From: a phage
Length of the DNA: 64,000 bases
Assembly (NCBI GenBank): GCA_011911785.1
Contig: GCA_011911785.1_4084.1
Direction: 5' to 3' (one strand)
The stretch's first letter is position 1. Each line of letters starts with the position of its first letter. The position numbers and the translations under genes are program-made. This document shows, in pieces, positions 1-10,113 of the stretch. Below the pieces are notes generated by a model, which saw only the letters and a program-made list of their open reading frames with translations, searched no databases and was not told the origin of the DNA.

Positions 1-46
1 AAAAAAAAAAAACAAAAACAAAAAAACCAGCAACAATGTGCTGGCT
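1..46 (-). terminator. Probable intrinsic terminator for minus-strand transcription (hairpin ccagca/tgctgg, then a T-run on the minus strand)
   Basis: Plus strand shows an A-rich run at 1-27 followed by inverted repeat ccagcaacaatgtgctgg; on the minus strand this is hairpin then U-tract, downstream of the minus-strand gene ending near 58-237. Confidence 0.4.
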
Positions 47-236
47 TCTTATGAGTATTAGTGCTTCTCGTTCATCTTCTTTACTTTCTTATTGTATGCC
101 TTAATAAGCATATCTCTGTCATTTACTGGCATATTAAGTAGAGTTGCATAATCGACATTATCTACATAAACAGCAGCATCCATAAGGGCATTTTTAATAT
201 CTGATTTATTCAACTCCATATCATCCAGAAGTTCTT

Positions 237-1124
237 TTATTTCTTCTGGGTTTGAGAAGAGAAGCTGAGATCGAAAAAATGAGTAGGGTCATACTTTAAT
301 CCAGTAAGTTCCCATTGATGCTGACATTCAATACATTCAACTTCCATTGTATGCGATACACCAATCTCTAGTACTTCATCCATTTTCTCTCTGATTTGCT
401 TGATCACTTCTTTTGATTGAGTACCTAACCATTCACTTATGAATTTCTTATCTGATACTTCATCACCATCAGGAGTAATTACCTTATCAATAACTCCAGC
501 AATCATATCAAAGTTTAGTTGTGCCATGTTTTCAAATACTTCAGAAAACATTTTAATTTTATCATCTTCAGAAATATCAATAGTACTTTCAAGATACTTA
601 GTTTTTTGCTGTTCAGCTAACATACGTTGAGAAAACTCTGAATATTCTTTCCAAGTAAGTGGTCTGAACTGAAGAGACAAACCATTATTAAGATCAATAC
701 TAGGAATTTCAGTAAAAGATTCTGCCGTTTCCAATAGATAAGAAAGATCACGTTCAAAACGGCCTTCTTTGGAACATGATGGACATACGACATTGACATC
801 ATAACTGGTTTCTTTGGATGCTAACTTGATAGCAATAAGAATTTGCTCAACATCATTGACAAAAAGCTCATCTGCGTTTAGAATGTTTGGTACACAGTTT
901 TCGATAACAGATGACACTGCACTACCATTGAGTAACATATCAGGTGTATTGAGCATCATTTCGTCACGAGCACTACGAGCACAGACACCACATTTAATGC
1001 CTTTGCTCCCCAATACACCATCTTTGTACTGGAAAATGTTGTTAGTGACGAGTTTAGTACTAATTTCTTCGATTTTTGTGTATTTTGCTAACGGGTTCAT
1101 TGACATAATACTTTCTCCATGCAA
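237..1124 (-). CDS. Hypothetical protein with two CxxC motifs (possible virion/baseplate component); may continue into a downstream frame
   Basis: 295-aa ORF with KCGVCARSAR and VVCPSCSKEG motifs; a sensible 54-62 aa ORF continues in the -1 frame to about 58. Confidence 0.45.
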   Translation of the reverse strand: MHGESIMSMNPLAKYTKIEEISTKLVTNNIFQYKDGVLGSKGIKCGVCARSARDEMMLNTPDMLLNGSAVSSVIENCVPNILNADELFVNDVEQILIAIKLASKETSYDVNVVCPSCSKEGRFERDLSYLLETAESFTEIPSIDLNNGLSLQFRPLTWKEYSEFSQRMLAEQQKTKYLESTIDISEDDKIKMFSEVFENMAQLNFDMIAGVIDKVITPDGDEVSDKKFISEWLGTQSKEVIKQIREKMDEVLEIGVSHTMEVECIECQHQWELTGLKYDPTHFFDLSFSSQTQKK

Positions 1125-1183
1125 TAATTATGAAAGTATTTATGTATGTTCAAAACTTCAAAATCACCCAAGAGGAATATTTT

Positions 1184-1672
1184 ATGATAAAGACAACAAT
1201 CAAACGTTTGTTCCAAGCCTTTGGTATCTTTATGGTTGTTATGTTAGTAATCGGTATGATTGTTCCGAAAAGCGAAACATCCACAACTAAAGAATCAGAG
1301 TACAAAGAGCAGTTAACTAAACGTGAATTACCAACACAAATTGTTAGCTACAAAGGTAAACTGTATAACGAAGATCCTAATGAGGAACATTTAAAATGGA
1401 CATTCATCCAATTCACTGTTAACGGTGATGAAGTACTGATGGGTCAGACATATGAATCATGGAGTTATATTGGAAGTACTGCATCTGGATATGATGTTTA
1501 TTACAACATTAACGACTTCACTTATACTGTCGGCGGTGTTCAAAAGACAGTAAAACTTGAAGGTACATTGTATGTTAATAGAGAAACAAACTCTATCATA
1601 TTCAGTAATAAAAATGTTAGTGACGGTTCACCAAAACGAACCTATAGTGCAGTACTGGAACCACGATACTAA
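1184..1672 (+). CDS. Hypothetical membrane-anchored or secreted protein
   Basis: ATG at 1184 preceded by agagga at 1171-1176; N-terminal hydrophobic segment FGIFMVVMLVIGMIV; followed by terminator. Confidence 0.5.
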   Translation: MIKTTIKRLFQAFGIFMVVMLVIGMIVPKSETSTTKESEYKEQLTKRELPTQIVSYKGKLYNEDPNEEHLKWTFIQFTVNGDEVLMGQTYESWSYIGSTASGYDVYYNINDFTYTVGGVQKTVKLEGTLYVNRETNSIIFSNKNVSDGSPKRTYSAVLEPRY

Positions 1673-1691
1673 AATAATTAAATAAAATCAA

Positions 1692-1727
1692 AGCCCATAT
1701 GGTTAATATCCATGTGGGCTTTTTTTA
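1692..1727 (+). terminator. Intrinsic terminator
   Basis: Hairpin agcccatatgg...ccatgtgggct followed by ttttttt. Confidence 0.6.
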
Positions 1728-1779
1728 TGCATTGCATTTCATAAATATTCCTATATAAACTTAATGTAGGAATTATTAT

Positions 1780-3951
1780 ATGGCTGTAAACAACAGTGAT
1801 TACTTACTACAACAGATAGTGAATAAATCTAATGATACCGTAGATGGTCTTTCAGCTATACGTGAATTGTTAGCAGAAAGTTTAAAGAATGATAAAAAGA
1901 AAAATAATGGTGGTGGTAACCCATCACCTGGCGATTCATCTGGACCAAGTGGTGGTGGACGCGGTTCTCGTGGTAATTCATCCTCTATGGGTAAAATGTT
2001 CAGAGCAATGTCCAGCGAAATGACAAACGTTGGTAAAACAATGATGAGTACTTCAGCGAATGTCAGTACTGTCATTAACTCAATGGGTATGAGTGCATCA
2101 TCCGTAGCTGGCTCTCTTTCTATGATTCCCGGTCCTGTAGGAATGGCAGCATCAGCATTTAAAATGGTTGCTGATGTAGGGATGGCAGTATATAACGTAA
2201 TGAACGCCCAGCTTGAAATGTACAACAGAGTCAACAGTGCGGGTGTTTCTCTTGCGGAAGGTTATGGCTCTTTGCTAAAAGGTTCTGGTTCAGCGTTAAT
2301 GTCTATGGATCTATTCAGTGAAGTAATATCAACTCATAGTGATGTTATTGCACAATTGGATGGTTCGTATGGAGATGGCGTTAAGGAATTTGGTAAATTG
2401 TTAGGTGTAGTTCAAAATGCCCAAGATAAACTTGGCCTATATGGTATGTCACAAAAAACTTTATCAGATTTAGCAGCACGTAACATCAAAATTCAAAAAC
2501 AATTTGGTGGTGCAGAACTAGTAAGGAATATAAACCAAGCACAAAGTACCCAAGAGTTAATTAAAACTATGTCTACTTTTAGTAAGACAATGGGTATGTC
2601 AATTGATGAATTACTTAAAAAGACACAATCACTTGATAAATCATTTGATGCAAGAATACTAAAAACTACACTAAACAACTGGGTTGGACTATCAGAAGAA
2701 ACCGCAACATTAACCACTAAAGCACTTACCGAAGCGGCAGGTGGTATGGGGGATATGGGTACTGATTTCCTAAGATTGATTAGCCACAGAATATCAATTG
2801 GTGGTGTTCCTGATGATTTATTATCTCCAATGATTAGCGAATTCGCTGACCTTGGTGAGAACATGGTTAAGTCTGGTGTAACCGATGCAAAAGCTATACG
2901 TGAAGCACAATATCAGTGGGTGAAGAAAAACAGAAAACGCGTTGAAAAAGATATGGAAGATATGCAACGAAGTCAAAACTTCACCGCTGCCGCATTTGCT
3001 AAGCAAATGTTAGATATGGAAGCTGCAATTAATGCTGACAAAAATCGACCAGCAGATAAAATCGCAGAATTTACTGATAGATTGAACAGATGGGTCAGTA
3101 CTGAATTTGTTGCTCCATTCAATAAAATGTATGCTGATGTTCAAAATAATGTTGTTGATTATTTGACAGCAATTGCAGATCGTACCGATAGTGCATGGGG
3201 ATTTATTTGGGAATTGGCTAAAGATGGATTTGGGTTAGTTCCAATATTCAAGGATGCAGTTGCTTATGTTGATCGTGTCGGTAATGAATTTGTATTGTGG
3301 CTTGAAGGATTAGGTGCAGATATATTTGGTGATACATACACTCAAGTTTCAAAAGCATTCGATGACTTCATGAAGAATCTCATGGATTTACCTGGAAAGT
3401 TATGGGATAAAGTAAAAGGATGGTTTGGTTCAGATGATAAATCTGAAAAACAAGAAGAACCTAAAAAGAAAATAGAAGAGAAAGCTACATCTTTCTGGGA
3501 TTCTATTGGTAATTCAGTAGACGATTTCACAAAATTTGTAGAAGAAAAAACACTTGACTTCCAAAAATGGAAATCTTCTAAATTATATACACCACCTAGA
3601 CCATTTAACGTAGATAATGCATATCGAGTCTTGGGCTATGAACCACCTAAAAACGTCCAGACTACAGTAATGCCAAATACACCACCTATGATGGAATTAA
3701 CTCGTAAACATTATGATAAATCCGCATGGAAACCTGGTGAAGCACCATTCCCACCAGAACCAGATCGTGATATAAAATCTCTGGTAACGCCACAAAACGG
3801 AACTATAAATAATGACATGAGTTCAGAAGAGATCAAAGAAATTTTTAAACGTCTAGCAGAAATGAGTGAACAATCACTCGCAGCAACAAATCAGACAAAT
3901 AATTACTTAAGAACAATTTCTGAAAATACACAAGGTGAACGCAATAGTTAA
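1780..3951 (+). CDS. Large Gly/Ser/Met-rich structural protein, possibly tail tape-measure or baseplate-hub-like
   Basis: 723-aa ORF; N-terminal GGGNPSPGDSSGPSGGGRGSRG, then Met/Ser/Ala-rich segments and long helical region; lies beside the portal gene. Confidence 0.4.
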   Translation: MAVNNSDYLLQQIVNKSNDTVDGLSAIRELLAESLKNDKKKNNGGGNPSPGDSSGPSGGGRGSRGNSSSMGKMFRAMSSEMTNVGKTMMSTSANVSTVINSMGMSASSVAGSLSMIPGPVGMAASAFKMVADVGMAVYNVMNAQLEMYNRVNSAGVSLAEGYGSLLKGSGSALMSMDLFSEVISTHSDVIAQLDGSYGDGVKEFGKLLGVVQNAQDKLGLYGMSQKTLSDLAARNIKIQKQFGGAELVRNINQAQSTQELIKTMSTFSKTMGMSIDELLKKTQSLDKSFDARILKTTLNNWVGLSEETATLTTKALTEAAGGMGDMGTDFLRLISHRISIGGVPDDLLSPMISEFADLGENMVKSGVTDAKAIREAQYQWVKKNRKRVEKDMEDMQRSQNFTAAAFAKQMLDMEAAINADKNRPADKIAEFTDRLNRWVSTEFVAPFNKMYADVQNNVVDYLTAIADRTDSAWGFIWELAKDGFGLVPIFKDAVAYVDRVGNEFVLWLEGLGADIFGDTYTQVSKAFDDFMKNLMDLPGKLWDKVKGWFGSDDKSEKQEEPKKKIEEKATSFWDSIGNSVDDFTKFVEEKTLDFQKWKSSKLYTPPRPFNVDNAYRVLGYEPPKNVQTTVMPNTPPMMELTRKHYDKSAWKPGEAPFPPEPDRDIKSLVTPQNGTINNDMSSEEIKEIFKRLAEMSEQSLAATNQTNNYLRTISENTQGERNS

Positions 3952-3966
3952 AGGATTAATAATATA

Positions 3967-5694
3967 ATGAGTTGGAAACGTCACATGACTATGGGAAGAT
4001 CAAAATTATCGATCGTACCCCAGCAATCCAATAGTAATAAATCCACTGGGAGCAAAACTAATTTTGCTTCCTACCTTCCGGTGGTTTATAACGGATTGGC
4101 AAACCGTACTGACCGTTACAGTCAATACGACCAGATGGATCAAGACCCAGAAATCAGAACGGCACTAAACATTATTGCTGACTTTTGTACACAGAGTACT
4201 GAAGATTTTGGTCTACCATATAAAATTAAATATAAAGATAATATTGGTGATACGGAAGTAACCACTATTGAAGACCGCTTAGATGCATGGACTGAACAGA
4301 ATGATTTCAAAACAAGAATGTATGAAATTGTTCGCGGACTACTTAAGTACGGTGACCAGTTCTTTATTCGTGACCCAGAAACATTCGACTGGTATTGGGT
4401 TAACCCAAAAAATGTCGAACAGGTTTTTGTTAACGAAGCAACCGGAAAAACACCAGTAATATACTATATAAGAGATGTATCTCTTAACCTTAAAGATAAA
4501 GTTTTTAGTAACCTTCAAATTGGTTTTGATAAAGCTTCATATCCAGGGGCAATACCGAACACACTAGGTGGTGGTGGTCAAGTTGCCGCAGGTGGTGCAT
4601 CTGGTTTTACCAACCAAGGTAATAGTTCCGATCCATTTAATACAAATGGTCGTATGGATATTATACCAGTTGGTGCAGAACACGTAATTCATCTGTCACT
4701 AAATACAGGACAAGATGGAGTTTGGCCTTTCGGTACAAGTATACTAGAAGATGTCTTTAAAGTCTACAAACAAAAAGAACTTCTTGAAGATAGTATTATT
4801 ATCTATCGTGTACAACGTGCACCAGAACGCCGTGTATTCAAAATTGATGTTGGTGATATGCAAACTCACCAAGCAATGGCATATGTTGAACGCTTTAAAA
4901 ATGAAATCCATCAAAGACGTATACCTTCTAATAAAGGTGGCAGTACTTCATTGATGGATGCAGCATACAACCCACTAAGTATATTGGAAGACTATTTCTT
5001 CCCACAAACTTCTGAAGGTCGTGGTTCAGATGTTCAAACACTACCTGGTGGTGATAACTTAGGTCAGATTGATGACTTGAGATATTTTAATAATAAACTA
5101 ATTCGTGGCTTACAAATCCCAGCATCTTACCTTCCACAAGGTCCAGATGACGGCGGCGTATCACTATTTGGTGATGGTGCAACTCAAGCAATGGCAAGTG
5201 AATTACGTTTTAATAACCAATGTATGCGTTATCAGCGTCTAGTTGCAAAAATTTTCGATGCTGAATTTAAGCGTTTTATGGTAAAAAATGGATATAACAT
5301 TAGTACTTCTTCTTTTGAAGTTATTATGAATCCACCAATTAACTTGGCTTCTTATCGTAAAGCAGAATTGGATGCGAAACTCATTAATACATATATGCCA
5401 CTTAATGAATTACCATATATGGCGAAACAAACTATCCTTGAAAAAATGGGCTTCTCCCAGAAAGATATTGTTAAAAATGAACAGCTATGGTTACAAGAGA
5501 ATCCACAAGATTCTAATGCACCACAACAAGAAGATGTTGCTGGATTACAGTCAGTTGGTATCGACTCTCCTAATGACCCAGGTATGGACCTAGGATTAGA
5601 TGCAGATGGTAATCTGGAAAGTGCTGACGCTGAATACCAAAATCAGCAAGGAAATGGCTCTTTTGACCCTAATAATTTAGGTGAATCTTTTTAA
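3967..5694 (+). CDS. gp20: Portal vertex protein (T4 gp20-like)
   Basis: Segment IIIYRVQRAPERRVFKIDVGDM ... DVQTLPGGDNLGQIDDLRYF matches my recollection of the T4 gp20 core ([21 protein letters not shown] ... DTLPGADNTGNMEDIRWF). Confidence 0.8.
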   Translation: MSWKRHMTMGRSKLSIVPQQSNSNKSTGSKTNFASYLPVVYNGLANRTDRYSQYDQMDQDPEIRTALNIIADFCTQSTEDFGLPYKIKYKDNIGDTEVTTIEDRLDAWTEQNDFKTRMYEIVRGLLKYGDQFFIRDPETFDWYWVNPKNVEQVFVNEATGKTPVIYYIRDVSLNLKDKVFSNLQIGFDKASYPGAIPNTLGGGGQVAAGGASGFTNQGNSSDPFNTNGRMDIIPVGAEHVIHLSLNTGQDGVWPFGTSILEDVFKVYKQKELLEDSIIIYRVQRAPERRVFKIDVGDMQTHQAMAYVERFKNEIHQRRIPSNKGGSTSLMDAAYNPLSILEDYFFPQTSEGRGSDVQTLPGGDNLGQIDDLRYFNNKLIRGLQIPASYLPQGPDDGGVSLFGDGATQAMASELRFNNQCMRYQRLVAKIFDAEFKRFMVKNGYNISTSSFEVIMNPPINLASYRKAELDAKLINTYMPLNELPYMAKQTILEKMGFSQKDIVKNEQLWLQENPQDSNAPQQEDVAGLQSVGIDSPNDPGMDLGLDADGNLESADAEYQNQQGNGSFDPNNLGESF

Positions 5695-5764
5695 TAATAA
5701 ATAACAATGTATATAAATGAAGGGAACGTAAAAAATTCCCTTCATATTAATGCAAGGAGATAGC

Positions 5765-5995
5765 ATGTTAAAGGATATCTTTGAATCGAATTCTGATTCT
5801 ATGTACGACCCTGAAGATGATCAGACCGTATATAAAATTACGGATTCCAGAAAACCCAAACTCACATTGCAAGTACTTAACAATCTGCGTAAGTACAGAG
5901 AATTTAAAGCAAATGAAGAACAGCGTAGAAATAATGTAGTCGCTGTTGTTTATGCTCCAGCACCAGCACCTGATGCTAATGCCGGAATGATGTAA
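5765..5995 (+). CDS. Small prohead-core-like protein (position equivalent to T4 gp67)
   Basis: Small ORF between portal and scaffold genes; aaggaga RBS then ATG at 5765; TATAAATG late-promoter-like motif upstream. Confidence 0.4.
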   Translation: MLKDIFESNSDSMYDPEDDQTVYKITDSRKPKLTLQVLNNLRKYREFKANEEQRRNNVVAVVYAPAPAPDANAGMM

Positions 5996-6007
5996 TACCT
6001 TAAAAAT

Positions 6008-6099
6008 CGCTCTTTTTAAAGCTTTTAAAAATGACGAATTTTTTCAGTACTAAATAATATCATACTTTATAGGAATTAAATATATCTTTGGAGGATATA
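6008..6099 (+). promoter_or_regulatory. Conserved promoter/leader cassette, copy A (ttttaaagc ... ttttttcagtactaaataata ... ctttggagg)
   Basis: Near-duplicate of 8781-8872; contains a CTAAATAAT late-promoter-like element and a strong RBS. Confidence 0.5.
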
Positions 6100-6942
6100 A
6101 TGGCTAATTTAAAACTACTACAAGAAGCAATCGAAGCTTTTGCTAACGGCGAGCAAGATGTAGCTGATAAAAAAATGCGTAAGTACTTTGTTGAACAAGC
6201 ACAAGAAATTAACAAAGAACTAGAAGAAAGCATGGACGACGAAGAATGCTGCGATGAAGACGACAAAGAAGAGAAACTAGAAGAAGACTTCGACGTTTCC
6301 CCAGATGCTGGTCTTAATAGTCAAATCGAATATTCTCTTGGTGAAGAAGACAAGAGTGCTGAAGATGATATCGAATTCCAAGCTGGTGAAGAAGATTCTG
6401 AAGGTGAAGTTGGTGCAGAAGGTGAAGAAGTCCCTTCCGAAGACCAATGGGCTTCCATTCAAGATGCTTTCCGTGGCCTACAACAAATGTTTGATGAAAT
6501 CTCCGGCGAAGGTGAAGTTGACCTAGACGCTGAAGAACCAGTAGGTGGCGAAGAAGAAGTTGATCTAGAAGTTGGTTCCGAAGACGGCGGTGATGATTTC
6601 GCTGATGTTCAATTCGGTGATGAAAAAGTTGGTGAGTCTTTCAAACTAAAAGCAGTTGCTGATGTTGATAAGAAAGAAAAAGCTGGTGCAAATACTAAAT
6701 CCCCAGTCGCTTCCCAAGCTAAATCTCCAGTACAAGGCGTAGCTCCAGTAAAAATCGCTAAAAACTCAACTCCAGTAGTTGATGACAAATTTGATGGCGT
6801 AGATACTGAATCTCACACCGTACCAGAAGATATGAATAATGTTATGGATAGCGGCAAAGGCGTAATGAAAGACGTTAAGAAAGTAACCACTGGTTCTTCT
6901 AAGTCTCGTTCCCCACTACCAAAATCACAACCAAAATTCTAA
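6100..6942 (+). CDS. Highly acidic prohead core/scaffold-like or internal protein
   Basis: ATG at 6100 after ggagga; very Glu/Asp-rich 280-aa product; capsid-like codon usage; sits in the head module. Confidence 0.45.
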   Translation: MANLKLLQEAIEAFANGEQDVADKKMRKYFVEQAQEINKELEESMDDEECCDEDDKEEKLEEDFDVSPDAGLNSQIEYSLGEEDKSAEDDIEFQAGEEDSEGEVGAEGEEVPSEDQWASIQDAFRGLQQMFDEISGEGEVDLDAEEPVGGEEEVDLEVGSEDGGDDFADVQFGDEKVGESFKLKAVADVDKKEKAGANTKSPVASQAKSPVQGVAPVKIAKNSTPVVDDKFDGVDTESHTVPEDMNNVMDSGKGVMKDVKKVTTGSSKSRSPLPKSQPKF

Positions 6943-6972
6943 TAATAAATAAAACAAAGAAAGGAGATCATT

Positions 6973-7593
6973 ATGAGTATGATTCGTGAATGGTCTTCAT
7001 TCAATGATTCACAAATTGTTATGGAACATCGTGATAATGGGCTGGGAGGTCGCGATTGCTATCTTCGTGGTATCGCAATTCAAGCTGACCAGCGTAATTT
7101 GAACGAAAGAATTTACCCTTTAGCCGAAATTGCTAAAGCTGTTAATAATATGGCTCAACGTTTGGCTAAAGGCGAAAGCATTCTAGTAGAATGTGACCAC
7201 CCTGAAACTTTGACTATTAACCTTGACCGTGTAGCAGCAATGATTACTAAAGTCTGGATGGAAGGTTCTAATGGGATGGCAGAAATCAAATTACTTGATA
7301 CTGCACATGGTCAAAATATTCGTAAAATGCTCGAAGCAGGTGTAAAACTTGGTGTAAGTTCTCGTGGTTCCGGTAACGTTGATTATAATGGAATAGTTTC
7401 TGATTTCGAAATTATCACAATTGATATTGTTGCTCAACCTAGTGCTCCCGAAGCGTACCCAACAGCGGTATTTGAGTCTTTGATGAGTAAGTACGGCTCA
7501 CCTTGCAATGGACCTAAAAAAATCACAGAATCTAAATCAGTAAATAAACTAGATTCTGAAATTTATGATTTTTTCAAGAAATTAAAAGGTTAA
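6973..7593 (+). CDS. gp21: Prohead core protease (T4 gp21-like)
   Basis: 206 aa; position between core and scaffold genes; GVSSRGSG segment resembles the T4 gp21 region as I remember it. Confidence 0.6.
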   Translation: MSMIREWSSFNDSQIVMEHRDNGLGGRDCYLRGIAIQADQRNLNERIYPLAEIAKAVNNMAQRLAKGESILVECDHPETLTINLDRVAAMITKVWMEGSNGMAEIKLLDTAHGQNIRKMLEAGVKLGVSSRGSGNVDYNGIVSDFEIITIDIVAQPSAPEAYPTAVFESLMSKYGSPCNGPKKITESKSVNKLDSEIYDFFKKLKG

Positions 7594-7604
7594 CATTTTA
7601 AAAT

Positions 7605-7612
7605 TATAAATA
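7605..7612 (+). promoter_or_regulatory. T4-type late promoter motif TATAAATA
   Basis: Exact TATAAATA about 50 nt upstream of the scaffold gene start. Confidence 0.45.
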
Positions 7613-7661
7613 TTTGTATATTTGAAGTACAGATATTTCAGTACTTAAAGGAGAGAACAGA

Positions 7662-8780
7662 ATGTCTAAATTAGAAAAGCTTCTAAAAGAATCATCTCTT
7701 TCTGATGAAGCAAAACAGCTAATTCAGGAAGCATGGAATGAAGAAAAGAACACACTAGCCGCTGAAATGCGTGAAGAAATGAAAGGCCGTTATAAACAAG
7801 ACCTAGCTGAACTAACAGAAGGTCTTAACACTATGGTTACTCAAGTTATCGCTGAAGAAATGGGTGCAGTATATGACGAGAAAAAACGTCTCGTTGAAGA
7901 CCGCGTTACCCTCCGTAAAACTCTTGGTAACTTCTCTGAATTCGCTAATTCAGTACTAGCTGAAGAAGTTAAACAAATGCGTAACGAACGTAAACTAGTT
8001 CAAGAAAGCCTCGGTAAATTCGTTAATTTCTCTAACGGTATCCTAGCTGAAGAACTAAAAGAATTCCACAGCGAAAAACGTCAACTAGTAGAAGCTCGTG
8101 TAAAACTACTTGCTGAAGGTTCTCGTCAAATTGCAGAAGCACGTAATAACTTTATCAAACGTACCTCTGAAAGTGCTGCTAAATATATTGCAGAAACCAC
8201 TCAGAAAAATCTTTACGCTTTGAAACAAGATCTTGCTGAAGCTAAACAAAATATGTTCGGTCGTAAAATCTTTGAAGCATTTGCTCAAGAATTTAATACC
8301 AAACAATTTAATGAGAATTCACTACTTCGTTCTTTGACTGAATCAATCAAATCTAAAGAAGATGAGATTGCTCAAGTTAAACAAGAACTAAATGAATCTG
8401 TTAACGCAGTTAAAGAAGTTCAATCAAAACTACGTATCATGGAAGATACACAGGCACGCAATGCGATTATGTCTGAATTGGTTAAGCCTTTGACTAGTCA
8501 ACAAAAACAAATTATGGAATCCCTTCTAGCTGCTTCTCCAACAGAAAAGCTTAAAGAAGATTTCAGCAAGTACCATAAGTCTGTACTTAACGGTACTAAA
8601 GTAAATGAATCTGCTACCACTCGTCAAGCAGTTCAACCTTCAGCGAAGAAAACAACCCTAGCAGAAGGTAAAGTAATCACTGGCAACCGTCAGGCTATTG
8701 TTGAAAGCGAAGAAATGACCGCTGACGATATGGCATTCCTAAAAGAACTCGACGTTCTTTCTGGTATCAATAAAAAATAA
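7662..8780 (+). CDS. gp22: Prohead scaffold protein (T4 gp22-like), coiled-coil
   Basis: 372 aa, Glu/Lys/Ala/Gln-rich with heptad-like pattern; immediately upstream of the major capsid gene. Confidence 0.5.
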   Translation: MSKLEKLLKESSLSDEAKQLIQEAWNEEKNTLAAEMREEMKGRYKQDLAELTEGLNTMVTQVIAEEMGAVYDEKKRLVEDRVTLRKTLGNFSEFANSVLAEEVKQMRNERKLVQESLGKFVNFSNGILAEELKEFHSEKRQLVEARVKLLAEGSRQIAEARNNFIKRTSESAAKYIAETTQKNLYALKQDLAEAKQNMFGRKIFEAFAQEFNTKQFNENSLLRSLTESIKSKEDEIAQVKQELNESVNAVKEVQSKLRIMEDTQARNAIMSELVKPLTSQQKQIMESLLAASPTEKLKEDFSKYHKSVLNGTKVNESATTRQAVQPSAKKTTLAEGKVITGNRQAIVESEEMTADDMAFLKELDVLSGINKK

Positions 8781-8872
8781 ACATTTTAAAGCATTTTAAT
8801 AATCAATTTTTTCAGTACCATAAATAATAACATACTGAAAAACGAATATAACATCTTTAAGGAGATAATATA
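8781..8872 (+). promoter_or_regulatory. Conserved promoter/leader cassette, copy B (ttttaaagc ... ttttttcagtaccataaataata ... ctttaaggag)
   Basis: Near-duplicate of 6008-6099, directly upstream of the major capsid gene. Confidence 0.5.
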
Positions 8873-10048
8873 ATGTCACAACTACTAAATGAATCCAAAT
8901 GGGTAGCAGTTAAAGAGAAACTAGTTGAAGGTCTTCAAGGTACTCGTAAATCCGTAATGGAAACCGTTCTTGATAACCATCGTAAAGTTATGCTACAAGA
9001 ATCTGCAACCGCTGGTGCAACTTCTGCTGGTAACATCGCTACTCTAAACAAAGTGATTCTACCAATTATGCGTCGTGTAATGCCAACCGTTATCGCTAAC
9101 GAAATCATCGGTGTTCAACCAATGACTGGCCCAGTTGGTCAAATCCACACTCTACGTGTTCAATACGCTGACAACGCACCAGGTGTTGTAGCTGGCGAAG
9201 AAATGCTATCTCCATTCAAGATTGCTAAATCTTACACTGGTGAGCTAAACTCTGACAACAGCAACCCACAAGCTGCTCCTACTAGCCAACTAGAAGGTAC
9301 TATGGGTCGTCGCGTTAACATCCGTATCCTACGTGAAACTGTTGAAGCGAAATCTCGTCGTCTATCTGCACGTTGGACTGTTGAATCTGCACAAGATGCA
9401 CAATCTCAACATGGTATCGACGTTGAAGCTGAACTAATGGCTGCTATCGCACAAGAAGTTACCGTTGAAATCGACCAAGAACTACTAAGCCGTCTACGTG
9501 CTCTACCAGGTGCTGCTGCTGTAACTTATGACCAATCTAAAGTAACTGGCGTTGCTACTTTCGTTGGTGATGAGCACGCTGCTCTAGCTACCCTAATCAA
9601 CCGTCAAGCGAACGAAGTTGCTCGTCGTACCAAACGTGGTGCTGCGAACTGGGCTGTTGTTTCCCCAACCGCTCTAACTATTCTACAATCTGCAACTACT
9701 TCTAGCTTTGCACGTACTACTGAAGGTACTTTTGAAGCACCAACTAACGTTAAATTCGTTGGTACTCTAAACAGCACCATGCGTATCTTTGTTGATACCT
9801 ACGCAAGTGACGTAGAAGATATTCTAATTGGTTATAAAGGTAATGCAGAAACTGATGCTGGTGTATTCTATTGCCCATACATCCCACTAATGGCATCTGG
9901 TACTGTTATGGACCCTAACACTGGAGAACTCGTTACAACTTTCTTAACCAGATACGGGTATGTTCAGTTGACCGATAGCACCAGTTCACTAGGTAACGCT
10001 GCGGACTACTACAGCAAAATCGCTATCAAAAACGTTACTTTCATGTAA
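8873..10048 (+). CDS. gp23: Major capsid protein (T4 gp23-like)
   Basis: IMRRVMPTVIANEIIGVQPM, QIHTLRVQYA, VEAKSRRLSA and IGYKGNAETDAGVFYCPYIPL parallel remembered T4 gp23 motifs (MVRRAIPNLIAFDICGVQPM, IEAKSRQLKA, VGYKGPNEMDAGIYYAPYVAL). Confidence 0.85.
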   Translation: MSQLLNESKWVAVKEKLVEGLQGTRKSVMETVLDNHRKVMLQESATAGATSAGNIATLNKVILPIMRRVMPTVIANEIIGVQPMTGPVGQIHTLRVQYADNAPGVVAGEEMLSPFKIAKSYTGELNSDNSNPQAAPTSQLEGTMGRRVNIRILRETVEAKSRRLSARWTVESAQDAQSQHGIDVEAELMAAIAQEVTVEIDQELLSRLRALPGAAAVTYDQSKVTGVATFVGDEHAALATLINRQANEVARRTKRGAANWAVVSPTALTILQSATTSSFARTTEGTFEAPTNVKFVGTLNSTMRIFVDTYASDVEDILIGYKGNAETDAGVFYCPYIPLMASGTVMDPNTGELVTTFLTRYGYVQLTDSTSSLGNAADYYSKIAIKNVTFM

Positions 10049-10070
10049 TAATAAAGAATTTAAATATACT

Positions 10071-10101
10071 AGGGACTCTTCGGAGTCCCTTTTCTTTTTT
10101 T
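10071..10101 (+). terminator. Intrinsic terminator after the major capsid gene
   Basis: Hairpin agggactcttcggagtccct followed by tttctttttt. Confidence 0.7.
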
Positions 10102-10113
10102 CAGAAAAAAAGC

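Noticed and set aside
1800-2234. Antisense ORFs overlapping long plus-strand genes (for example 1800-2234, 2493-2864, 12983-13432, 27712-28182, 31420-32001, 42573-43037, 55633-55902, 58962-59402)
   Set aside because: They lie entirely within strongly supported genes on the opposite strand, lack RBS-like signals and have low-complexity compositions mirroring the sense codons; treated as spurious
5717-5745. Hairpin gaagggaa...ttcccttc after the portal gene as a terminator
   Set aside because: Not followed by a U-tract and overlaps a late-promoter-like TATAAATG; not called as a terminator
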